Positions 28,569 to 37,494 of a stretch of 64,000 nt of DNA are shown one piece after another. The stretch is from a virus: the IMG/VR virus record IMGVR_UViG_3300037782_000115, positions 32,001 through 96,000 of that record, one strand, 5' to 3'. How positions within the stretch are numbered: position 1 is the first letter of the stretch; every line of letters begins with the position of its first letter. The notes under the pieces were generated by a model. That model saw only the letters and a list, made by a program, of their open reading frames with translations, had not been told where the DNA came from and ran no database searches. The position numbers and the translations under genes were made by a program.

Positions 28569-29588
28569 TTATGAGTCGGCTCTCGAGGCCATGATGACAT
28601 CTGAGTTCTTGCCAACCCATTCCTTGATTCGTGGGTTCTTTTGGCTTCCCGGGCACACACGGATGAAGTCGAGAACGAGGTTGGTGGCAAACTCGTTCGG
28701 CAATCTCTGTCCATATGTCATCGCTGCATCGAGATTGTTGTTATCCTCTCGGACGGCGTTCACCAGCGCCCCGCAGATGGCATAACGGACCGACGGCTCA
28801 CCGGGGACGCCCTCGGTCTCTGGGTTGGCCAGGACGCGACGAATGTCCGGCAGGCTTTCGCAGATATTGACGTAGTTGACAAACTCTGCGGCGGGCCCGG
28901 AACCGACGCACCCGGCGACGGCCTGCAACAACAGGCTGCCGGGTGCGTGCTGGATAACCTCTGACGCACGCACCCACGACCGAGGTGTGGGGAATGCGTT
29001 CTCGGCTCCGGACGGGTCGAAATCAAACAGCGCCGCCGGCTTGAATTTGATGAAGCTGGTCACCCGGTGATCAACGCCGGCGGCGACCGCCCAATTGTGC
29101 CAGTCGTCTGCGTTGTAGCACATCTCGAAGTGTGTCAGCCGATTGAGCATCGGCGTGATCATCTTGTGCGCACCAGCGCGATCGGTCGCACGGTTCGACG
29201 CCGCGACGATGGCGCAGTTGTCGGGGAGCTTGTAGTCGCCGATTCGGCGGTCGAGCAAGAGCTCCAGGCACGCGCTCTGCACAAGCGGCGGGGCCTGTGC
29301 AAACTCGTCGAGGAAGAACACCTCGGTTGAGTCCGGGTCCTGCGGCAGGAAGTCCGGCGGGCACCACTTCGTCAGCCCCTTGTCGCTGATGGAGGGGATG
29401 CCGCGGAGGTCAACGGGGTCGAGCAGGACCGCCCGCACGTCGCGAACGGCGCGGCCGAGCTTTGCGGCGGCCTGCTTGACGATGTCTGACTTGCCGATGC
29501 CTGGGGGCCCCCACAAGATCACGGGGTGCTTGTTGTTGATAAAGCCGGGCAGCAGACTCTCGATCTGCTTGGGTTGAAGCGGTGCCAT
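28569..29588 (-). CDS. MoxR-like AAA+ ATPase
   Basis: WGPPGIGKS, DPVDLRGIP, FFLDEF, AASNR, NRLTH, FPTPRSW. Confidence 0.92.
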   Translation of the reverse strand: MAPLQPKQIESLLPGFINNKHPVILWGPPGIGKSDIVKQAAAKLGRAVRDVRAVLLDPVDLRGIPSISDKGLTKWCPPDFLPQDPDSTEVFFLDEFAQAPPLVQSACLELLLDRRIGDYKLPDNCAIVAASNRATDRAGAHKMITPMLNRLTHFEMCYNADDWHNWAVAAGVDHRVTSFIKFKPAALFDFDPSGAENAFPTPRSWVRASEVIQHAPGSLLLQAVAGCVGSGPAAEFVNYVNICESLPDIRRVLANPETEGVPGEPSVRYAICGALVNAVREDNNNLDAAMTYGQRLPNEFATNLVLDFIRVCPGSQKNPRIKEWVGKNSDVIMASRADS

Positions 29589-29625
29589 GGTTTCTCCTTT
29601 CATGGACGTATGCAGAAACACAAAA

Positions 29626-29669
29626 ACCGCGAGCGTGATTTCTCACCCCCGCGGTCGCGGCTTTCAGCC
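29626..29669 (-). terminator. Double hairpin with intrinsic terminator
   Basis: GGCT-GAA-AGCC, then ACCGCG..GTGA-GAAA-TCAC..CGCGGT followed by TTTTGTGTTT. Confidence 0.6.
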
Positions 29670-29689
29670 AACAGGTGCGCCGGTCGGTC

Positions 29690-30229
29690 CTATCCGGGTG
29701 TGCCCCTATATTGGGGCAGCGATGACATGACGCGGCTAATCCCTCTCTTCGAGGACCTGCCCGGGTAGTGCGGCAACCACTTCTTCAAACGCTCAGCCAG
29801 CAGGCTCATAGCGGGGCCATCCGGGGGCGACTCGCCGCAATCTAGGATTTCAACGAACACATCAAACACGGCCTCAACGAGCTCACTCGCCGCCTGGGAC
29901 GGGCTGTGGACGGCGCCAACGTGGTCACCAAGCAGGCCCGGCAAAGACTCGCACTGCGTCATGCCCAATATCGCCGTCTCCATCGAGTTCGCCTCGAAGT
30001 TGTAGCCGCCATCCAACAGAAGCTGAACAACGGATTTGCCACAATTCCACAGCGTGGACCCCAAAAGGGTTGGGGCCGCACAACAACAGGTGTGGCCCTG
30101 GGCGATCAGCATGGCCTGTTCGTGTGTCGGCGCAATATCGTGCGGCGGCACGCTACTGAGCACGCCGCCGGACCAATCAAGGAACGCGTCCATGGCGTTG
30201 TAAATCGTCTTTCTCTTATCGCGATCCAT
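29690..30229 (-). CDS. Hypothetical protein
   Basis: GAGGGGG RBS; 179 aa. Confidence 0.6.
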   Translation of the reverse strand: MDRDKRKTIYNAMDAFLDWSGGVLSSVPPHDIAPTHEQAMLIAQGHTCCCAAPTLLGSTLWNCGKSVVQLLLDGGYNFEANSMETAILGMTQCESLPGLLGDHVGAVHSPSQAASELVEAVFDVFVEILDCGESPPDGPAMSLLAERLKKWLPHYPGRSSKRGISRVMSSLPQYRGTPG

Positions 30230-30231
30230 AA

Positions 30232-30999
30232 TTATGCCCCCCTCTCAAACGGCCCAATGGCCTGCTCATACCTGTCGAGATAATGCCCGAAATCCTCATC
30301 GGGCGCGTCGCCAGCGGCCATGTTGTCAGCGGCACACCGCATCTCGTTGATGCAGGCCCGAAACTCGGACACCAACCGCTCGTGGTCGCCGAAGTTTGTT
30401 CCTCGCACGGTGTTCCACGCGTAAGACATCCACCTTGCGTTGCCGAGGTCGCCGTCTTCGCGGAGAGTGGTGAACCAGTCACCGTTGCCGTCGTCATTCT
30501 CTTCTGGCGGTATGGTCGCGATAATGCCCACGCCCTTGCCTTGGAGCGCGATCGTTGCGCCGTGGTTCCATTGCAAAGGGCCGTGGAACATCTCGCATTG
30601 TGTTGGCCGGTCAAACGCTTCTCGCACATAAAAATCACGAAAGAGCATGTACGTGTACGACGGCTCTGCACACTGCCGTTGTTTGAATAACCAGAGACCG
30701 TATGGCTTCTCGCCTCGATGCCGGTATTCTATCTGGCCGCAGTAAACAATCTCGCCAAGAACCGGCCTGACCTCGTCTCCAGGCACTAAGTAGGAGCCGA
30801 TAAGCTCGGCGTCTTCTTGACATAACACAACTGTGCCGCCGGAAGACCGCAGCGCGTCTTCAAGCGATACAAGGCAAGACTGGCGGTACGTTGATACTAA
30901 GTTATTGGTGGCACACTCCCACCTGGTCAGCGTGCATCGATCGCCCGGGCGGGCCGCCTTCTTTTGGGCCCTGTCAAGAAGCTCGTGTGGCTTATACAT
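30232..30999 (-). CDS. Hypothetical protein
   Basis: GGAG RBS before MYKPHEL. Confidence 0.65.
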   Translation of the reverse strand: MYKPHELLDRAQKKAARPGDRCTLTRWECATNNLVSTYRQSCLVSLEDALRSSGGTVVLCQEDAELIGSYLVPGDEVRPVLGEIVYCGQIEYRHRGEKPYGLWLFKQRQCAEPSYTYMLFRDFYVREAFDRPTQCEMFHGPLQWNHGATIALQGKGVGIIATIPPEENDDGNGDWFTTLREDGDLGNARWMSYAWNTVRGTNFGDHERLVSEFRACINEMRCAADNMAAGDAPDEDFGHYLDRYEQAIGPFERGA

Positions 31000-31342
31000 A
31001 GCGATAACTCCAGTCGGTGTAAACAAAACGATCGTGTGGCATCAAAGAAACAAGACCGCTCGGCAGGACCGTCGAAAGCGAGTAGGCCAGCTGATCACTG
31101 ACACGTCCCGGGCGAGGCCGGTGCACCTTGGTGATCGCCAGCTTTGTCCCAGCAATCGGCACGAAAGCGGCGCCGGAGTGCCGGGCAATGTCTTCAAGGC
31201 GCATTGTGAACTCGACGGGCCTGCTCATCAGCCCACGGCGAAAGAGCCTGCACAACGAATGATTGATGACTGCGGAATCGCCGACGGAAGCGACGCCGCG
31301 GTCCATTGCAGACACCAACACCTCGTCTGGCCTAGTCAGCAT
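30992..31342 (-). CDS. Hypothetical protein
   Basis: GGAGGT RBS before MLTRPDE. Confidence 0.6.
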   Translation of the reverse strand: MLTRPDEVLVSAMDRGVASVGDSAVINHSLCRLFRRGLMSRPVEFTMRLEDIARHSGAAFVPIAGTKLAITKVHRPRPGRVSDQLAYSLSTVLPSGLVSLMPHDRFVYTDWSYRYV

Positions 31343-31604
31343 TCGACACCTCCTCTGTGTAGCCAACGATGGGCCACGAGAGCCACACAGGAACAAAGCT
31401 GCCGGGAGGCAGGGGGGTCAGAACGCCATCAACATACGGAACACCGCGCAGTGGCCAGACCCCAACCCGTCTCCCTTGGCTCTCGTGTTCTTCGGCCCAG
31501 CTTGAAATCTCTTCAAATGACTTTGACGGCTCGCTAAAGACTGCCGGGCCGACGCCGACGGCGACGCCCGCATAGCCGTGTATAGGAATGCGCGTGGTCG
31601 ACAT
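31332..31604 (-). CDS. Hypothetical protein
   Basis: AAGGAG RBS before MSTTRIP. Confidence 0.6.
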   Translation of the reverse strand: MSTTRIPIHGYAGVAVGVGPAVFSEPSKSFEEISSWAEEHESQGRRVGVWPLRGVPYVDGVLTPLPPGSFVPVWLSWPIVGYTEEVSNAD

Positions 31605-31627
31605 AAGGAACTCCTTTGCTATAAGAA

Positions 31628-31659
31628 ACACTCGCGGCAACTTCCGTCGCCGCGAGTGT
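31628..31659 (-). terminator. Intrinsic terminator-like hairpin
   Basis: ACACTCGCGGCGAC-GGAA-GTTGCCGCGAGTGT followed by TTCTT. Confidence 0.7.
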
Positions 31660-31661
31660 GA

Positions 31662-32168
31662 TCAGAACACGGCGACGGCCGCGATGTTCTTGTGTGGCGA
31701 GTCGGGATATCTACGGGAAAACATCTCGCAAATCGCCTTGGCGTGATCATGCGGCGTAGGACCCGGGTAGCCCCAATCCTGGAAGACAATCGCTTCCTGC
31801 CGCGATATCGAAAAGCGAAGGCAGTTCGCCATATCAACAGCCTCTATGTTTGGTGACAGGTAGAACGAGCTATCGCCGACCGTGCTGACAAGGATGTACC
31901 GCACAGCCGGCCTGGTCGGCACGCCCGGCGCCGCCATCTGCTCACGGATCAACCATGTGTACACAACAGCAACTTGCTGGGATAACGAAAGCGACTCTGG
32001 GTTCGGCCCATAATGTGCGAACGCATCGGCATAGGCGCTGCCGCACGACGTAACCGATTCTATTGCTCGGTCAAGAAGCCGCTTGTCAATATTGTTGTGA
32101 AGCCCGCGCACCGAGAGATACGCGGACAGATCTGCGATAAATGCCGCACTCAATTGCTGCTTTGGCAT
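31662..32168 (-). CDS. Hypothetical protein
   Basis: GAAAGGG RBS before MPKQQLS. Confidence 0.6.
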   Translation of the reverse strand: MPKQQLSAAFIADLSAYLSVRGLHNNIDKRLLDRAIESVTSCGSAYADAFAHYGPNPESLSLSQQVAVVYTWLIREQMAAPGVPTRPAVRYILVSTVGDSSFYLSPNIEAVDMANCLRFSISRQEAIVFQDWGYPGPTPHDHAKAICEMFSRRYPDSPHKNIAAVAVF

Positions 32169-32340
32169 GGTTTGCCCTTTCAAACGAGGAGGGGGTGCTC
32201 GGGACGGCAGCCGGGCGTAATAAGCGCTGAAGACGGCGACAGCTCCCGCTCCCGCTCCCGCCCGCCCCGCCACCCGGCGTGCGCCTAACGGCATCCTCTC
32301 TAGAGAACGCCGACAGTCACACGCCGGGCAGCGGCGGCCT

Positions 32341-32991
32341 TTACTTTCCGATGTGTGTGGCACCCTGTGCGATGACTTGCCATAACGGCACGATCTGCAC
32401 CTTGTTGCCGGAGTCGCGGAAGTCCTGGGCGATCTTGCCCGCCTCCGCGAACGACTCGGCAACGTCCCACGTGTGAACCTTGTTGTCACCACCCCAATCG
32501 GCCACCATCACAACCATCGTGTCGTGCAAGAGCCGGAATTCGCTCGCAGTACCTGCTCCACCGCGGCCAACCCTGATGGCCTCTCTGAGCATCTTTGATA
32601 GCTCATAGAGACGGCCGCCCGGCTGGCAGTCAGTGTCTTCTGGGTTCTCTCCGTGTGTGTCAACAATATCGGCGATCTCTAGCGACGCGCGATCCAGAGC
32701 ACGCAGCAAGGTCGGCATTGCGTTGTGTGCATGCACGATCGACTCGCCGTACTCAAGACTACAAACCGTGGCGATGATTTCGTCAGAACCAGGCTCTGCA
32801 CCGCCACCCTGATTGTTGCGGATACAAAACTCGTTCTTGCCCTTGTCGACCGGATCAAGCCACCACCGCTTCTCACAATCACCGCGTGGCGCTTTGGGCG
32901 AATCGGACCCGCTCTCGGCGTTTGGTTGCAATCCCGAAAGATCGCAGATGGGGCAGCCGCTTCCGTTGCAGTTGTTGCATAACTGGCTCAT
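32341..32991 (-). CDS. Hypothetical protein with N-terminal CxxC zinc ribbon
   Basis: MSQLCNNCNGSGCPICDLSG; AAGGAG RBS. Confidence 0.7.
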   Translation of the reverse strand: MSQLCNNCNGSGCPICDLSGLQPNAESGSDSPKAPRGDCEKRWWLDPVDKGKNEFCIRNNQGGGAEPGSDEIIATVCSLEYGESIVHAHNAMPTLLRALDRASLEIADIVDTHGENPEDTDCQPGGRLYELSKMLREAIRVGRGGAGTASEFRLLHDTMVVMVADWGGDNKVHTWDVAESFAEAGKIAQDFRDSGNKVQIVPLWQVIAQGATHIGK

Positions 32992-33002
32992 GGCGACTCC
33001 TT

Positions 33003-33260
33003 TCAGAATGTGCGGACATATCCGCTGCGGATGGCTTGCCACTCGAGGTCTTCGAGCGCACAAACATGGTCGGGGTGAACGTCGCTGTCACCACAATCGA
33101 GCTCGTCGATCTCGGCGTCGATCGCGTGCAGCTCGCTGCTGATCTCGGCGGAAAACCGCTCCGCCTCGCCGATCTCGAAATCAGTGGGCATGCGCTCAAC
33201 CAGCGGCTCGTCGAAGACAGAGGCATCGGTCCTGTTCAAACCAGTCATATTGCCGGACAT
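33003..33260 (-). CDS. Small acidic protein
   Basis: AGGAG RBS; very D/E-rich 85 aa. Confidence 0.6.
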   Translation of the reverse strand: MSGNMTGLNRTDASVFDEPLVERMPTDFEIGEAERFSAEISSELHAIDAEIDELDCGDSDVHPDHVCALEDLEWQAIRSGYVRTF

Positions 33261-33405
33261 AATGAGACTCCTGGGGCCGTGCCCCGGTTTGGTGTTCAGA
33301 ACACACCGAGATCGGCTTTCACCGATCTGGTGTTGACGGCAACACGGCAGCTGGTGCGCCGCGCGGTCCGTCTGGGGGGTTCCCCTACCTATAGCCCCGG
33401 GCTCC

Positions 33406-33493
33406 GGGCTCCAAGGCTCCGGGCTCCAAGGCTCCGGGCCCCAAGGCTCCGGGCCCCAAGGCCCCGGGCTCCAAGGCCCCGGGCTCCAAGGCC
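33406..33493. repeat. Tandem 15-bp repeat GGGCYCCAAGGCYCC, about 6 copies
   Basis: Units start at 33406, 33421, 33436, 33451, 33466 and 33481 (partial); intergenic. Confidence 0.95.
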
Positions 33494-33497
33494 GCAT

Positions 33498-34553
33498 TCA
33501 AACTGCGGTTGCCGATGCAGGCACGTCGTCGGGGTGCAGCACGTCCACATCGCCGTCCTCGCACCGGACCCGCACGCCGCCGACGATCTTCTCGACCTTG
33601 CCTGTCTTGAGGCGATACACCATCGCGGCACACTCGAGCCTGCCGTCGATCCAGACTCGCCGGCCATCATCGAGCCGGATCGGTTCGCCGTCGCGAGCGT
33701 CGATCAGGTCGTCCGGCGGGAGATCGTTGCGGCGCCTGGCCTCGCGGATCTCCGGCGAATCGATCTGGAACTCAGCACCCTTGCAAGCCGCCCGGAAGGC
33801 CTTGACGTCGATGCCGCAGAGACGAAGCGCCTCTTCGACCGCCGACGGCACCGATCGTTGGTACGCCCGGGGATTCGCCTTGCGCACGGCCTTATTGTGA
33901 TCCGCCTGGTAGCGGCGTGTGCGTTGCTCGGTGGTGAATCGCTTGCCCTGGCCCGGCGTGAGCGATGACGGGTCTCGCTTGTTGGCGATTCGCTTGCCCA
34001 GGGGCTGTTCGCGGCGGATGTCGGACATGACCTTGATGGCCCGTGCCTCGGTCTCTGCCGACTCGTCGACCTCTCGCTCGACCTGGCCGAGGTGGCCGCG
34101 GGTGTGCGCAGCCGGGGGCCTGATCTTGAAGTCGGACCCGCCGAATTGCTGGGCAAACTCGCCCCGGATTCGGCTGCCACCCCGGGCGACCGAGCCGCCT
34201 AGGTGGGTGTCTGCGGGGTCGTGCTCGGCCTGTCCGGGCTGGAGCCCGGTGCCACCGCAGCGCCCACAGACGCATGCGCCAGCCCGATCGGTCGATCCAG
34301 TGCCGCCGCAGGCGAGACACCGGAATCGGGCATCGTCGGCGGAGATCAGCGCCTTGCGTTGCGCACGGCGACCCATCTTGCGGGCCGGACCGTTGGCAGC
34401 GCGTGGGAATCGTTCACGGATCACGGTGTCGATGGCGAGCCGGATCTTCTTGGAAGACTCGTCGCCGAGCGCCTCCATGGCGGAGTAGGTGTCTCGGATG
34501 GCACGGAGCTCGGTTCGCGACTCGTTGCCGGTGAGGATTCGTTGGATATCCAC
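33498..34553 (-). CDS. Basic protein with DnaJ-type CxxCxGxG zinc finger
   Basis: CLACGGTG...CGRCGGTG; GGAGG RBS. Confidence 0.7.
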   Translation of the reverse strand: MDIQRILTGNESRTELRAIRDTYSAMEALGDESSKKIRLAIDTVIRERFPRAANGPARKMGRRAQRKALISADDARFRCLACGGTGSTDRAGACVCGRCGGTGLQPGQAEHDPADTHLGGSVARGGSRIRGEFAQQFGGSDFKIRPPAAHTRGHLGQVEREVDESAETEARAIKVMSDIRREQPLGKRIANKRDPSSLTPGQGKRFTTEQRTRRYQADHNKAVRKANPRAYQRSVPSAVEEALRLCGIDVKAFRAACKGAEFQIDSPEIREARRRNDLPPDDLIDARDGEPIRLDDGRRVWIDGRLECAAMVYRLKTGKVEKIVGGVRVRCEDGDVDVLHPDDVPASATAV

Positions 34554-34556
34554 GGC

Positions 34557-34844
34557 TCAGGCCTCCGGCGAAAGGGTGAAGGAGACCTGACGGATGCCGT
34601 TCTGGCCCGTGTGCATCATGAGAGCCAGCTCGAGGTCGTATCTGGCTTCCATGTCGTTCTGGTACGCGTTGCGCAGCGCGGTCACGCATTGGGACCGATC
34701 GCCAACCCGGATGACCCGGACGGGCTCGCCGGCGTCCTTGGTGGTCAGAACTGCGGCGTACTGCCCGTCCTTGAGGAACCGCCGGTGGTCATCGGTCGTG
34801 ATGATCGGCAGATCTGCTCGTTTCTGTTCCATAGCGGCGTTCAT
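34557..34844 (-). CDS. Hypothetical protein
   Basis: GGAG RBS; resembles part of 35795-36142 (VRVIRVGDRSQC vs LIVLGVGSRHEC). Confidence 0.65.
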   Translation of the reverse strand: MNAAMEQKRADLPIITTDDHRRFLKDGQYAAVLTTKDAGEPVRVIRVGDRSQCVTALRNAYQNDMEARYDLELALMMHTGQNGIRQVSFTLSPEA

Positions 34845-34968
34845 CGGTCAATCTCCAATCGCTTGGCCATCATCGTCGTGCTCGCGACACGCGGCATCGG
34901 ACGTCGGGTGCTTGGCCGTTGCAGCCCGAGAAAGCCCCCGCGGCGGTGTCCCGCGGCGGGGGTGGGGT

Positions 34969-35424
34969 TCATGCCGGCCTCTGGGCCAGGTAATCGATCG
35001 CGGCCTCTTCGATGGCGTCCCAGATGCTGTTCATCAGGTTGTCGGCACGACGCTTGACGATGTTGCCGACAAGACGACACTCGTCGTCTGTGAAATCCCG
35101 GAAACGACGCACGCCGTGCTCGTTCTCGACGCCGCGAATATCGCCCGGCGTGAAGACAAAGGCCACGGGGAAGTGCGAGACCGGCATATCGCTGAGCGAT
35201 GGGGCGGTGTGCTCGGCGGCTTTGGGCTCTGGAAACTCTTCCTCGCCGTATCGCTCGAAGAGAGTCAGCTGATCGGCGTCGGTCGGCTCGTCTTCGACCG
35301 TTGTGCAGACGAAATGGCCCTCGCCCGAGCCGTTGTACGCCTCTCGGAGTATCTTGCCGACGTCCTCAACCTCGGTGTCTACCCGATCGTCTGGGACGGC
35401 GATTCTTGCGGTGATGATCTTCAT
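34969..35424 (-). CDS. Acidic hypothetical protein
   Basis: AAGGA RBS; 151 aa. Confidence 0.65.
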   Translation of the reverse strand: MKIITARIAVPDDRVDTEVEDVGKILREAYNGSGEGHFVCTTVEDEPTDADQLTLFERYGEEEFPEPKAAEHTAPSLSDMPVSHFPVAFVFTPGDIRGVENEHGVRRFRDFTDDECRLVGNIVKRRADNLMNSIWDAIEEAAIDYLAQRPA

Positions 35425-35450
35425 GGCATAAGTCCTTGTGTGGCAATGGT

Positions 35451-35798
35451 TTAGTTTCGACGAACGCGATCCTTTGGGCTTCCGCCATCCTCGTGGACGC
35501 CCGGTGCCGGCGGGCTATCCATCGGCGACGGGTTCTCGGGGCGCGGCGAGATCCGAACGGTGTGCTCACCCTTGACGAAGTGGCCGATCTTGATGATGTC
35601 GTCGTTGGCGTCGGCGAGGGCCTGGACCAGTTTGCGGAGGCCCGGCAGTTCAGACCGCTTGGTGGCCATCAGGATCTTGGGATGGCCATCCTCGCCGCAG
35701 ACCGCAATCGGCGCCATGATCGACGGCGAGCTTGGGATGCCGATCTCGTTGAAGGCCATCCAGATTTCGGACGGCATTTTGGGTTGCAGCTCGCTCAT
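35451..35798 (-). CDS. Hypothetical protein
   Basis: ATGA-coupled to the upstream gene. Confidence 0.6.
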   Translation of the reverse strand: MSELQPKMPSEIWMAFNEIGIPSSPSIMAPIAVCGEDGHPKILMATKRSELPGLRKLVQALADANDDIIKIGHFVKGEHTVRISPRPENPSPMDSPPAPGVHEDGGSPKDRVRRN

Positions 35799-36142
35799 GC
35801 CGCACCGCCGATCGCCTGGGGCGCCTGGGAAACCCCGCAGCCGGCGCAGTCGTTGCAGGCCCCGCACCCGATCGGCTCATCGGTCGCGGCGACCTGCTCG
35901 AGCATGGCCGTTCCTCGGTTGACGAGGATGGCGTGTCGCGCCAGCGGGAGTCTTTGGCGCGATTCTTTGACCATGAGGCGGCACTCGTGGCGTGATCCCA
36001 CGCCCAGGACGATCAGTGGCGTGCCACCATCGGAGGTGACGACCGCCACGTGCTGCCCGGGCTCGATCGGTCGCATCGTGCGCAGATCGTCGCGGATGAA
36101 CACGGTGCCGTCGTCGTCGATTCGGTTTGGTTCAACCTGCAT
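35795..36142 (-). CDS. Hypothetical protein with C-terminal Cys cluster
   Basis: MQVEPNRI...CGACNDCAGC. Confidence 0.6.
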   Translation of the reverse strand: MQVEPNRIDDDGTVFIRDDLRTMRPIEPGQHVAVVTSDGGTPLIVLGVGSRHECRLMVKESRQRLPLARHAILVNRGTAMLEQVAATDEPIGCGACNDCAGCGVSQAPQAIGGAA

Positions 36143-36464
36143 TGGCCACCCCCTTGACGCCGGCGCCGGCCTGTGCGCGGACCTTCTTGGCGTAGGGCAG
36201 GCCGTTGATCTCGTCAGCGAAGAACGTGTCCCAGCGGCGTCCCTGGACATACTGGAACGTCGAAACTGACTGTGTTTTGGCGACAACGACGTCGCGACCG
36301 CGGCTGATCGCGTCCTCGATCTGCGTCTTGAGCCACTTGGCGGCATCGTGCTGGGCGTTCTCGTTGTCGAAGGACTGGACCCGGACCTCAATATCCGCCG
36401 GGTGCTCGCCGTTGCTTCGCACGGTGGCGACGAACGGCTTGTGGATTGTGAACCGACCTGACAT
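36132..36464 (-). CDS. Hypothetical protein
   Basis: GAAGGAG RBS before MSGRFTI. Confidence 0.65.
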   Translation of the reverse strand: MSGRFTIHKPFVATVRSNGEHPADIEVRVQSFDNENAQHDAAKWLKTQIEDAISRGRDVVVAKTQSVSTFQYVQGRRWDTFFADEINGLPYAKKVRAQAGAGVKGVANAG

Positions 36465-36490
36465 GGCGAAACTCCTTCCAGTTGGTGTGA

Positions 36491-36566
36491 ACGGCGGATG
36501 TTCCACGTGGAACACTCGCAAATCGCCGCTCGAGCCCTTTCGGGCGCGATCGGCGTGATCGGGTCA
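36491..36566. repeat. Intergenic ~75-bp repeat, copy 1, containing a parS-type palindrome (36499-36514)
   Basis: TGTTCCACGTGGAACA plus GCCC-TTTC-GGGC hairpin; near-identical to 37035-37122. Confidence 0.9.
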
Positions 36567-37010
36567 GTCGCCGTCCGCATCCCGGACGAAATCGAGTCGC
36601 CGCGCCGCAAACGCGCGCCTGGCGATTGCCTCGAGATCAGCCATCCTGGCGTCCACGACGGCGACACCCATAACGACAATGCCGTGTTCCTCCGCCTCAG
36701 ACTCGGCGTAGTTGCTCAAAATGTCATTGTTGATGCCGACGAAGACGCTCTGTACGTCATCGTCGCACTCGACCACGAACGCCAGTTCAACCAAACCCGC
36801 CGGATTGGCGGCACATTTGGGCATGGGACCAAGACGCCACCCGTCCTTTATCACCCATTGCAGAAAAGAACACTCGACCGGACAGAGCGGCATGTACTTG
36901 ACCTCCCTGTCGGCTTCGTACGTGTTGAGCGCGGCCTCCCAAAGCGAATCAATGGCTTCCGGGACGCTGTATCCCTCTTTGACGGCGAATATGGCGAGCA
37001 CGGTGTTCAC
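36564..37010 (-). CDS. Acidic hypothetical protein
   Basis: AAGGAG RBS, GTG start; flanked by the two repeats. Confidence 0.65.
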   Translation of the reverse strand: MNTVLAIFAVKEGYSVPEAIDSLWEAALNTYEADREVKYMPLCPVECSFLQWVIKDGWRLGPMPKCAANPAGLVELAFVVECDDDVQSVFVGINNDILSNYAESEAEEHGIVVMGVAVVDARMADLEAIARRAFAARRLDFVRDADGD

Positions 37011-37034
37011 GGCGAATCTCCTTGATCTGGGAAC

Positions 37035-37122
37035 ACGGCGAATGTTCCACGTGGAACACTCGCAAAACGCCGCTCGAGCCCTTTCGGGCGCGATCGGCGC
37101 GATCGGCGTGATCGTCGGGTCA
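37035..37122. repeat. Intergenic repeat, copy 2, containing a parS-type palindrome (37043-37058)
   Basis: TGTTCCACGTGGAACA; extra GATCGGCGC unit. Confidence 0.9.
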
Positions 37123-37401
37123 CATCACGGCACTTGCGTCGTTAGACCACTCGATGGCGACCTGGGCCATGAACCTCTCCATGGCTTGGCCGTAGTTGCA
37201 CAGCCGATAGACCGCGAACTTCCACCATCCCTTATCCGGCGGGCAGACGGAGTAAACGGCGTATTCGGGACGGCCTTGGCGGTCGAGCCCGACCCCCAGG
37301 GCGAGGCCGGTGCCCGGATTCAGCGGATCGGCACATACGACGATCGTGCCGGCGGGCGCCTCTGGCAGGAAGCTGGTGTCGGACACGGCTGTGGTACTCA
37401 C
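37120..37401 (-). CDS. Hypothetical protein
   Basis: GAAGGAG RBS, GTG start. Confidence 0.6.
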   Translation of the reverse strand: MSTTAVSDTSFLPEAPAGTIVVCADPLNPGTGLALGVGLDRQGRPEYAVYSVCPPDKGWWKFAVYRLCNYGQAMERFMAQVAIEWSNDASAVM

Positions 37402-37477
37402 GGCAAGGCTCCTTCAATCTGCAAGGTGGCGAATTGGGTCAGCACACGCCGACCCGCCAGGTTGATGAAAAACGACA

Positions 37478-37494
37478 AGGGGGTGCTCGGGACG
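37478..37494. repeat. 17-bp dispersed motif AGGGGGTGCTCGGGACG (also at 32190-32206 and 23438-23454)
   Basis: Three identical, co-oriented copies read directly from the sequence. Confidence 0.9.

Noticed and set aside
33406-33493. CRISPR array
   Set aside because: Head-to-tail 15-bp units with no unique spacers; no cas genes in the window
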